Positions 54,889 to 62,939 of a stretch of DNA of 64,000 bases are shown piece by piece. The notes below the pieces were generated by a model, which was not told the DNA's origin, searched no databases, and worked only from the letters and a program-made list of their open reading frames with translations. Numbering within the stretch: position 1 is the stretch's first letter; every line of letters starts with the position of its first letter. Where the stretch lies: positions 637,995 to 701,994 of the forward strand of contig OZ220706.1 in NCBI GenBank assembly GCA_965116695.1, given 5' to 3'. Source of the stretch: Acidobacteriota bacterium (GTDB lineage: Bacteria; Acidobacteriota; UBA6911; RPQK01; JAJDTT01). The position numbers and the translations under genes were made by a program.

Positions 54889-56028
54889 TTACCGCAACAG
54901 GTCGCGGGAGATGATCTCGCGCATGATCTCGGACGTGCCCGAGGCGATGGGCCAGAGGCGGTAGTCCCGGGCGAAGCGCTCCACGGCGTACTCCCGCATG
55001 TAACCGTAGCCGCCGTGCATCTGGACGGCGTGGTAGGCGACCCGGTTGGCCATCTCGGTGGCGTAGAGCTTGGCCATCGACACCACGCGGGTGCACTCCT
55101 GGCCCGACGCGAAGCGGGAGGCGGCGTGGTAGGTCAGTTGCCGGGCCGCTTCCGCCTCTGTAGCCATGTCGGCGAGCCGGTGGGCCTGGGCCTGGAACCT
55201 TGCGAGGGGCCGGCCGAAGGCGTGGCGCTGGTTCAGGTACTCGGCGCAGTCCTCCAGAGCCTGTTGGGCGGCGGAGACGCACAGCACCGCCGCCATGAGG
55301 CGTTCCCGTTGCAACCCCGAGACCAGTTGCGCGAACCCTTGTCCCTCCACTCCCAGGAGGTTTTCTCCAGGGACGCGGACCTCGTCGAAGACCAGTTCGG
55401 CCGTGTCCGAAGCCAACATGCCGGTCTTCCGGAGCTTGCGGCCGACGCTGAATCCGGGGCTGTCCCGCTCCACCAGGAACTGGGAGAGGCGCTCGCGGCG
55501 GGGACCGTCGTCCCGGGTCCGTGCGGCCACGAAGTAGAGATCGCCGTTCACGCCGTTGGTGATGAAGGTCTTGGCGCCCGTCAGGACCCAGTCGTCGCCG
55601 TCGCGGACCGCCCGGGTGGAGAGGGCCGCCATGTCCGATCCAGTGTCCGGCTCGGTGATGGCCAGGGCGCAGATCTTCCGGCCCAGAATGATGTCCGGCA
55701 GGTAACGCCGTTTCTGGTCCTCGTTTCCGTAGTGGACCAGCCAGGGGGAGGACATGTCCGTGTGGACGATGACGCCGAAGGCCACGCCGCCGGAGCGGCA
55801 GCGCGCCAGCTCTTCGGCCAGGACTACCGACATCCAGAAGTCGGCGCCGCCGCCGCCGTATTCCGGCGGGTACTCGGCGCCGAGAAAGCCCAGTTCCCCC
55901 ATTTGCTCGAAGAGCGAACGGGGCGTTTGCTCCTTCTCTTCCCACTCCTCCACGTGAGGGAGGATCTCCTCCTGCACGAAGCGTTTCAGAGATTCTCGAA
56001 AGAGTTCGTGGTCTTCGGAAAAGGGCAT
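54889..56028 (-). CDS. Acyl-CoA dehydrogenase
   Basis: ITEPDTGSD, TFITNG, GGYGYMREYAVERFARD family motifs. About 380 aa. Confidence 0.9.
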   Translation of the reverse strand: MPFSEDHELFRESLKRFVQEEILPHVEEWEEKEQTPRSLFEQMGELGFLGAEYPPEYGGGGADFWMSVVLAEELARCRSGGVAFGVIVHTDMSSPWLVHYGNEDQKRRYLPDIILGRKICALAITEPDTGSDMAALSTRAVRDGDDWVLTGAKTFITNGVNGDLYFVAARTRDDGPRRERLSQFLVERDSPGFSVGRKLRKTGMLASDTAELVFDEVRVPGENLLGVEGQGFAQLVSGLQRERLMAAVLCVSAAQQALEDCAEYLNQRHAFGRPLARFQAQAHRLADMATEAEAARQLTYHAASRFASGQECTRVVSMAKLYATEMANRVAYHAVQMHGGYGYMREYAVERFARDYRLWPIASGTSEIMREIISRDLLR

Positions 56029-56059
56029 GAAAGGTCAGTTTTCGGAGATCGGAGGAGAA

Positions 56060-57694
56060 TCAGCGGCCCTTCTTCTCCAGCTCCCGCCGCCGGAGTTCGT
56101 TGCGCCGAATCTTTCCGCTGATGGTCTTGGGCAGTTCTTCGACGAACTCCACCTGGCGAGGATACTTGTAGGGAGCGGTGACGCTGCGCACGTGGGCCTG
56201 GAGTTCCCGGACCAGTTCGTCCGAGGGGCGGGCCGCCTGACCGAGCACGACGAACGCCTTGATGATCTCTCCCCGCAATTGGTCGGGACTCCCGACAACC
56301 GCCACCTCCGCCACCGCCTCATGCTCCAGCAACGCCGACTCCACCTCGAAGGGCCCCACGCGATAAGCGGAGGTGTTGATGACGTCGTCGGCTCGGCTGA
56401 CGAAGTAGAAGTAGCCCTCCTCGTCCCGGGTCGCCCGGTCTCCGGTCATGTACCAGTCGCCCACGAAACAGTTGGCGGACGCCTCCGGGTTCCGGTAGTA
56501 GCCGCAGAACAAGCCGAGAGGCCGTTCGGGACGCACCCGGATGGCGATTTCCCCCTCCTCTCCGGGACTGAGTTCATTCCCCGAGTCGTCCACCACGCCC
56601 ATTCGAAACCCGGGCGAGGCGACTCCCATGGAGCCGGGCCGGTATTCCATGCCCGGAAACGTGGCCACGCAAAGGACGGTCTCAGTCTGGCCGTAGCCCT
56701 CCCAGATGTGATGGCCCATGGCCCCCTTCCAGGTGGCGATGACCTCGGGGTTGACCGCTTCCCCGGCTCCCAGACAATGACGCAGGGCCCGGGCCGGCCA
56801 CCGGGTCAGGTCCTCCTGAACCATCATCCGATAGGCGGTGGGAGGGGAGAAGAAGGTCGTGATGGGGTGCTCGTGGAGCATGCGCAGCGTCCGCTCCGCA
56901 TCGAAACGTCCCCGGTGATCCCAGATGAAGATGGCCGCCCCCATGTTCCAGGGCGCGAACAGGCAGGTCCAGGCGGCCTGGGCCCATCCCGTGTCCGACA
57001 GCGTCCAGTGGAGGTCCGTGGGGCGGTTGTCCAGCCAGAACTTGCCGGTGATGATGTGCGCCTTCGGATAGCTGGCGTGGTCGTTCAGGACCATCTTGGG
57101 AGGTCCGGTGGTCCCGGACGTGAAGTAGACCATGAGGGGATCGGTAGAGAGGTTCCGGGGATGGTCCATGCTCGGAGAGCTCTTGGCCAGCAGGTCCCCA
57201 TAGCCCAGACAGCCGGAACTCCCACCCACGACGATGACATGCCGCAGCCCGGGGCACTCCGGGCGCACGGCTTCGATCCTGTCGGCGTTGGCGGCATCGG
57301 TCACGGCCACCGAAGCCCCCGAGGCGTTGATCCGGTAGACGATGTCCTTGTGCCTCAGCAAGGTGGTGCCCGGTACGGTGACGGCCCGGGCCCGGATGCC
57401 GCCCAGGAGGACCTCCCACCATTCGACGATCCGGGGGAGCATGACGAAGACCCGCTCTCCCGTTTCCACGCCCAGTCCGGCCAGAGCGTTGGCGAAACGG
57501 GTCGAGGATCGGGAAAAGTCCCGGAACGTCACCTGCCGGAGGTCTCCGGAGTCGCTGACCCAACGCATGGCCACCTTCTTGGGATCGGCGGCCCAACGGT
57601 CGAACACGTCGAAAGCCCAGTTGTAGCGCTCGGGCCGGGTGAGGCGAAAACTGGCGTAGGTCTGCCGGTAGTCGCCGATCTGGTAGGTGCTCAT
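56060..57694 (-). CDS. AMP-binding acyl-CoA synthetase (medium-chain ACSM-like)
   Basis: AMP-binding motif YFTSGTTGPPK, GYGQTE, TGDRATRDEEGYFYF, C-terminal SGKIRR. Confidence 0.9.
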   Translation of the reverse strand: MSTYQIGDYRQTYASFRLTRPERYNWAFDVFDRWAADPKKVAMRWVSDSGDLRQVTFRDFSRSSTRFANALAGLGVETGERVFVMLPRIVEWWEVLLGGIRARAVTVPGTTLLRHKDIVYRINASGASVAVTDAANADRIEAVRPECPGLRHVIVVGGSSGCLGYGDLLAKSSPSMDHPRNLSTDPLMVYFTSGTTGPPKMVLNDHASYPKAHIITGKFWLDNRPTDLHWTLSDTGWAQAAWTCLFAPWNMGAAIFIWDHRGRFDAERTLRMLHEHPITTFFSPPTAYRMMVQEDLTRWPARALRHCLGAGEAVNPEVIATWKGAMGHHIWEGYGQTETVLCVATFPGMEYRPGSMGVASPGFRMGVVDDSGNELSPGEEGEIAIRVRPERPLGLFCGYYRNPEASANCFVGDWYMTGDRATRDEEGYFYFVSRADDVINTSAYRVGPFEVESALLEHEAVAEVAVVGSPDQLRGEIIKAFVVLGQAARPSDELVRELQAHVRSVTAPYKYPRQVEFVEELPKTISGKIRRNELRRRELEKKGR

Positions 57695-57740
57695 GAGGCG
57701 CCCGAAGCTACCAAGCGGACGTCGAAACTGTCAAGAATCG

Positions 57741-57771
57741 CCGCCGGCCTCGCTACCCACGGGGCCGGCGG
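57741..57771 (-). terminator. GC-rich hairpin downstream of ferritin
   Basis: CCGCCGGCC ... GGCCGGCGG, a 9-bp perfect stem with a 13-nt loop, read directly. Only a modest T-rich tail on the minus strand. Confidence 0.35.
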
Positions 57772-57807
57772 ACGATATGCGGGGGGATCGGAGGGAGCCG
57801 GCCGGGG

Positions 57808-58293
57808 TTATTCCCGTTTGGCCAGGTCGCGGTCCACCATCAGCAGACCCATGGGTTCACCGTTGCCCCATCGCAGTTGAGCCGCAACCTCCGAGACCGA
57901 TTTTTCCTCTTCGACCTGCTCCTGAATGAACCACTGCAGTTCCACTCCGGTGGCCAGGTCACCCTCTTCGAGAGCCAAAAGATAGAGTTTGTGGATGGCC
58001 TTGGTGACGCGTTTCTCGTGCTCCACGACCCGATTGAAGGCACTCACCGGGGACGTGAACCCGTCGGCAGGCTTTCCGAGGGTGTCCAGATCAACCTTCG
58101 CTCCGCGGGTCAGGAGGTAGTCGAACAATCTCATGGCGTGCCCGTACTCCTCACGGCTCTGCTCTCTCATCCAGTGGGCGAAACCGGGCAAATCCTTGGA
58201 GTCGTAGTAGGCCGAAAGGGCCAGGTAGAGGTAGGAGGACTCCAACTCCATGTGGATCTGTGTGTTCAAGGCGTGATTGATTCTTCCGTTCAT
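57808..58293 (-). CDS. Ferritin (bacterial non-haem type)
   Basis: LNTQIHMELESSYLYLALSAYY and EEYGHAMRLFDY ferroxidase-centre motifs. ATG at 58293 with an AAGGAGA RBS. The longer listed ORF extends into the AT-rich intergenic DNA. Confidence 0.9.
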   Translation of the reverse strand: MNGRINHALNTQIHMELESSYLYLALSAYYDSKDLPGFAHWMREQSREEYGHAMRLFDYLLTRGAKVDLDTLGKPADGFTSPVSAFNRVVEHEKRVTKAIHKLYLLALEEGDLATGVELQWFIQEQVEEEKSVSEVAAQLRWGNGEPMGLLMVDRDLAKRE

Positions 58294-58583
58294 ATCTTTC
58301 TCCTTGTTGATTAATTCGGTCGCATGTTCAAGTCGCGATCTGCAGACTCCATGCCAATGAATGTACATATTAAATGAATGATCTGTCAAATATAACTCAT
58401 AGTAATTAAAAGACTTAATTGAAATCAGACATCAATATCAATGATTATGAAATTCAATTTCAATTATAATGGCTATCATGAGATGGAAATGATTATCACT
58501 TTCATAAAAAGGGTATGTGATGTTAAGTGGTATTTCCCCGAGTTGAATTCGTTCCGCAGTTCCCCATAACCTGTTCCGTCGAG
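58294..58583. promoter_or_regulatory. AT-rich divergent control region with Fur-box-like repeats between ferritin and the ABC operon
   Basis: Strikingly AT-rich compared with its flanks. AATGATTAT occurs twice (58440-58448, 58488-58496). GGAAATGATTATCACTTTC matches about 14 of 19 positions of the classical Fur box by my count. Runs of NAT(A/T)AT-like hexamers (ATCAAT ATCAAT GATTAT GAAATT CAATTT CAATTA). Confidence 0.5.
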
Positions 58584-59264
58584 ATGACTCCCGTCCTTGC
58601 GTTTTCACGGGTCTCGAAGACCTACGGAGAATCTGCTGGAGGAGGTCTGACGGCGCTTCACGACGTCTCTTTCCAGGTGTCCCCGGGACGCCGGGTGGCC
58701 ATCGTGGGGCGGAGCGGCAGCGGCAAGTCCACGCTCCTTCATCTGGCCGCGGGCATCGACCTGCCGACTCGCGGAAAAGTGGAGGTCCTGGGAAACGACC
58801 TCTCCCGTTTCTCGGACCGCGACCGGACCCTGTTGCGCAGAAACGAGATCGGCCTCGTCTTCCAGTTCTTCCATCTCCTGCCCCACCTGCCGGTGCGGGA
58901 GAACGTGGCCCTCCCGGCACTGGTCGCCGGCGGGAAACCCCGCGATTTCGAGCCCCGGGTGATGGAGTTGCTGGGCCGGGTCGGCCTGGCCGATCGCTCC
59001 GAGGATCCGGTCAGCAACCTGAGCGGTGGAGAGATGCAGCGGGTGGCCATCTGCCGGGCTCTCCTGCGCCGGCCCCGTCTGATCCTGGCGGACGAGCCCA
59101 CTGGAAACCTGGACGACGAGAACTCCTGGCTGGTCCTGGAACTGATGCTGGAGCTGGTGACCCGGGAAGAGGCCACGCTGCTCTACGTCACCCACAGCCG
59201 GGAGCTGGCGGGACTGGCCGATGAGACCTGGCGGATCCACAGCGGGGTCCTGGACGGCGCATGA
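58584..59264 (+). CDS. ABC transporter ATP-binding protein (LolD/MacB/AttE-like)
   Basis: Walker A GRSGSGKST, signature LSGGEMQR, Walker B LILADEPTGNLD. ATG at 58584. Confidence 0.9.
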   Translation: MTPVLAFSRVSKTYGESAGGGLTALHDVSFQVSPGRRVAIVGRSGSGKSTLLHLAAGIDLPTRGKVEVLGNDLSRFSDRDRTLLRRNEIGLVFQFFHLLPHLPVRENVALPALVAGGKPRDFEPRVMELLGRVGLADRSEDPVSNLSGGEMQRVAICRALLRRPRLILADEPTGNLDDENSWLVLELMLELVTREEATLLYVTHSRELAGLADETWRIHSGVLDGA

Positions 59265-61783
59265 AGCGCTACCTGCTTCACACCCTGAAGACGCGCCTCC
59301 GGGCGGGCCGGTCGCTCTATCTTCTGACCGTCTTCGGAGTCGCCCTGGGCGTCGCCTCGGTCCTCTCGGTGCAGATCATCAACCTGAGTGCCGTGGCCGC
59401 ATTCCGGGGAGCTCTCCGGGCCGTGGGATCGGAAGCGGATCTCACCGTCCGGGGCTTGAACCGCACACTGCCGGAGAGCCTCTTTCCGGAGGTGCTGGGC
59501 ACCCGCGGCGTCCGGGGAGCCTGGCCGGTCTACCGGCTGGACGTGGCGGTGAAGGGACCGGATTCGTTGCTCCTGGAGGTGATGGGCATCGATCTTCTTT
59601 CTCCGGCTTCGCGGGAGAGTCTGGAGCTGCTGGGCCGGGAGAAGGCGTCGGAAGGCTTGACCCAACCCGGTTGGACGGCCGTGACTCCCGAGCTGGCCCG
59701 GGCCCAGGGCTGGTCCTTGGGAGATTCCATCGAGGTGTCCTGCGGTCCGCGGAAGGCGCGCCTGGTTATCGGCGCCCTGGTGGACTTCGCCCGGGTCACC
59801 ACCCTGGCCGGGGCCAAGCTGGCGGTCATGGACATCTCCCAGGTCCAGGGCCTGCTGGGCCGGCCGGGCGAGTTGCACGAGATCCATGTCGAGGCGGAGG
59901 TTGAAGATCGCGCGGATCTCAAGGCGCTACTGGAACGACGCCTGGGTCCGTCGGTGGAGGTGCTGACTCCGACGCAGAGGGAGGACGAGGCGGCCGGCCT
60001 TCTGAGCGCATTCCGCCTGAACCTGACGGCGCTGAGCCTGATCAGCCTTTTCGTAGGCAGCTTCGTCGTCTACACGAGTTCCCAGGCCCTTCTGGTGCGC
60101 CGCAGGCGCGAGTTCGGAGTGCTTCGGGCCGTGGGAGCGACCCGGGCGCAGCTATTGGGACTCATCGCCTTCGAGGCGGCCCTGGTGGGGGCGCTGGGAG
60201 TGGTCCTCGGAACCGGCTTGGGCTACTGGGCCGCCCGGGCCAACGTGGACGCCGTCAGCGCCACCCTGACCCAGGTCTATCTCCTGAACGAGATCACCTC
60301 CCTCCAGGTTCCCCCGTGGGTCTACCTGGCGGGAGCCGCGGCCGGCATGGGCGCCTCGCTGGCCGGGACCCTCCTCCCTGCCCTGGACCTCTGCCTCTCT
60401 CCTCCCCGATCGCTCCTCTCTTCCCGGCTCCTGCAGGGAAGGGTGAGAACCTCGGCGATTCCCCTGGCTCTGGCCGGGACCGGGATTCTGGCGATGGCGT
60501 CGGTCTGGCACCGGTTTGCCGCGGACTGGCGTCCGGCCGGCTTTGTTCTGGGCATCGCTCTGCTGGTGGCGATCCCGCTGTTCACTCCCATCCTGGTCCG
60601 GGCGGCGTCGCTGCTGCCCCTATCCGGACTCGGCGTCCGATACGGGTTCCGATCCCTGGCCGGACGCTGGACCACAACTGTCTTCACGGCCTCCTCCCTG
60701 GCCATCGCGGTCAGCATGATGGTGGGCGTCACCCTCAAGACCAGCAGCTTCCGGGAGACCCTGGAAGTCTGGCTTCGGACCTCGGTCCAGGCCGACATCT
60801 ACGTCAAGACCGAGTCCTGGAGAGGAAGAGGCGACGAGACCGCCCTGGGCCCGGAGCTGATTTCCCAGTTGTCCCGGACCAAGGATGTCGTGGCCTTCGA
60901 CCGCTACCGGAGGCTGACGGTCCGATCCGGCGGCGAGCGCATCTTTCTGGCCGGCGTCGAGACCGGTCTTCCCGGGGGCGAGGCTCGATTCCCGCTGGTG
61001 GGAGGAGATCCGGATGCCGTCTACCGGAAGTTCCGGGAGGAGGGCGGAGCCCTGGTCGGGGAAACCCTGGCCCGGCGGCGCGGCCTGGAGCCGGGGGACC
61101 ATCTCCCCCTGGTCACTCCAGGCGGTGAGAGGCGGGTTCCCATCGCCGGCATCTACTACGACTATCAGCCCGGAACGGGTCTGGCCGTGGTGGGGCTGGA
61201 GACCATGGGGCGGCTCTTCGGCCCGGGGCCCGTCCACAGCGTGGCCCTCTACCTGGAGCCCGGAGCCGACACCGGCGAGACCGTCGACCGCCTCCGGGCG
61301 GCGCACGCGGGTGATTCGCTCCTCTTTCGAAGCAACCGGAAACTGCGCCAGGAGGTGATGGAGATCTTCGACCAGACCTTTGCCGTCACCCGGCTCCTGC
61401 AGGGGACGAGCCTGCTGATCGCCGTCGCGGGCATCATATTGACGCTGTTGGTGCTGGCGCGGGAGGAGTCGGCCGAGCTCGCCCTCTACCGGTCCCTCGG
61501 CGCCCGGCGGTCGCAGCTCTTCCGGATCTTCGTGGGCAAGGGGCTGGGCATGGGGGTCGCCGGGCTCATTCTGGGCCTTGCCGGCGGGGTCGTCCTGGCG
61601 GGCATCCTGGTCTTCGTCATCAATCGGGCCTACTTCGGGTGGACCATCCAGATTCACTGGCCCTGGGGAACCGTCCTGGTCCAGTCGGCGACCATCCTGG
61701 CGGCGGCGGTGCTGGCAAGCCTGTATCCGGCGCTGGCGGCCAGCCGGACGCCGGCGACACAGCTCAGCCGGGAGGATCTTTAA
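59261..61783 (+). CDS. ABC transporter permease with two FtsX-type domains (AttF/AttG-like fusion)
   Basis: 840 aa. Two four-TM FtsX-like modules separated by large extracytoplasmic regions. ATGA overlap with the ATPase gene. Confidence 0.85.
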   Translation: MKRYLLHTLKTRLRAGRSLYLLTVFGVALGVASVLSVQIINLSAVAAFRGALRAVGSEADLTVRGLNRTLPESLFPEVLGTRGVRGAWPVYRLDVAVKGPDSLLLEVMGIDLLSPASRESLELLGREKASEGLTQPGWTAVTPELARAQGWSLGDSIEVSCGPRKARLVIGALVDFARVTTLAGAKLAVMDISQVQGLLGRPGELHEIHVEAEVEDRADLKALLERRLGPSVEVLTPTQREDEAAGLLSAFRLNLTALSLISLFVGSFVVYTSSQALLVRRRREFGVLRAVGATRAQLLGLIAFEAALVGALGVVLGTGLGYWAARANVDAVSATLTQVYLLNEITSLQVPPWVYLAGAAAGMGASLAGTLLPALDLCLSPPRSLLSSRLLQGRVRTSAIPLALAGTGILAMASVWHRFAADWRPAGFVLGIALLVAIPLFTPILVRAASLLPLSGLGVRYGFRSLAGRWTTTVFTASSLAIAVSMMVGVTLKTSSFRETLEVWLRTSVQADIYVKTESWRGRGDETALGPELISQLSRTKDVVAFDRYRRLTVRSGGERIFLAGVETGLPGGEARFPLVGGDPDAVYRKFREEGGALVGETLARRRGLEPGDHLPLVTPGGERRVPIAGIYYDYQPGTGLAVVGLETMGRLFGPGPVHSVALYLEPGADTGETVDRLRAAHAGDSLLFRSNRKLRQEVMEIFDQTFAVTRLLQGTSLLIAVAGIILTLLVLAREESAELALYRSLGARRSQLFRIFVGKGLGMGVAGLILGLAGGVVLAGILVFVINRAYFGWTIQIHWPWGTVLVQSATILAAAVLASLYPALAASRTPATQLSREDL

Positions 61784-61787
61784 CCGG

Positions 61788-62900
61788 ATGCCATTTCTTG
61801 CCGGTGCTCTGGTTGTTCTGAGTCTGTTGGCGACAACCCTCGAGTGGAAGCCGGCGCGCTCCGATTACACCTGGTCCTTCCCCCGGGATCACTGGGCCCG
61901 GACCGGCTATCGCACGGAATGGTGGTACTTCACGGGCCACCTGCGGACCCGCGGCGAGACCCCGCGCCGGTTCGGCTACCAGTTCACCTTCTTCCGGGTC
62001 GGGCTGCAGCCCGAATCTCCGCCGTTGGACTCCGCCTGGACGGCCCGGGACGTCATCATGGGGCACGCGGCGCTGACCGACCTGGCGAACAGGCGGCATC
62101 TCTTCACGGAGATCCTCTATCGCGCCACACCGCTGCTGGGGGAATTCGGGGACGGTTCATCTTCGCTCATCGCCTGGAGCCGGCCTCCCGCCGGCAGTTC
62201 CCGGCGCTGGAGCCTGCACTGGAACGGCGAGGGCTTCGACCTCGCCGCTTCGGACCAGGGCCGGGAACTTTCCTTCCGCCTCACGACCCGCGGGACCAAG
62301 GGCCCGGTTTTCCAGGGTCCCAACGGCTACAGCATCAAGGGAGGCGAGGAGGGCGCCGCGAGCCAGTACTACAGCTTCACCCGGATGGCGACCCGCGGCC
62401 GGGTTTCCATCGGAGGGGAGGAACACGCGGTGGAGGGCGTCTCCTGGATGGACAAGGAGTTCGGGTCCAATCAATTGGGAGCCCGTCAGATCGGATGGGA
62501 CTGGTTCAGCCTGCAGTTGGACGACGGCCGCGACCTGATGCTCTATCTTCTGAGGGATCGCCGCAATCAGGTGGATTTCGCCAACGGGACACTGATATCC
62601 ATGGAGGGGCGAACCCGGTACCTGGGATCAAAGGAGTGGTCGGTGCGCGCCACCGGAGCCTGGACCAGTCCCCACAACGGAGCACGCTATCCCGCCGGGT
62701 GGCGGGTGCGGGTCCCGGACGAGGGTCTGGAGATGGTTTTGACGCCGGAGGTATCCGACACGGAGAACGTCAGCCGGCTGCTGCCGGGGCTCGCCTACTG
62801 GGAGGGCCCCGTGAGGATCGAGACGGCAGGAGGCGTCCGGTTGGGACAGGGGTACGTGGAACTGACCGGATACGCGGAGCGGAGCCGGCCGGCTCTCTGA
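61788..62900 (+). CDS. Lipocalin-like AttH / CrtC (carotenoid 1,2-hydratase-like) domain protein
   Basis: FPRDHWARTGYRTEWWYFTGHL and SWMDKEFGS motifs typical of AttH/CrtC. Signal-like N-terminus. ATG at 61788, 5 nt after the permease stop. Confidence 0.75.
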   Translation: MPFLAGALVVLSLLATTLEWKPARSDYTWSFPRDHWARTGYRTEWWYFTGHLRTRGETPRRFGYQFTFFRVGLQPESPPLDSAWTARDVIMGHAALTDLANRRHLFTEILYRATPLLGEFGDGSSSLIAWSRPPAGSSRRWSLHWNGEGFDLAASDQGRELSFRLTTRGTKGPVFQGPNGYSIKGGEEGAASQYYSFTRMATRGRVSIGGEEHAVEGVSWMDKEFGSNQLGARQIGWDWFSLQLDDGRDLMLYLLRDRRNQVDFANGTLISMEGRTRYLGSKEWSVRATGAWTSPHNGARYPAGWRVRVPDEGLEMVLTPEVSDTENVSRLLPGLAYWEGPVRIETAGGVRLGQGYVELTGYAERSRPAL

Positions 62901-62939
62901 AGCCGGCGGACACCCACCGCGATTAGAGATTAACTCGAG

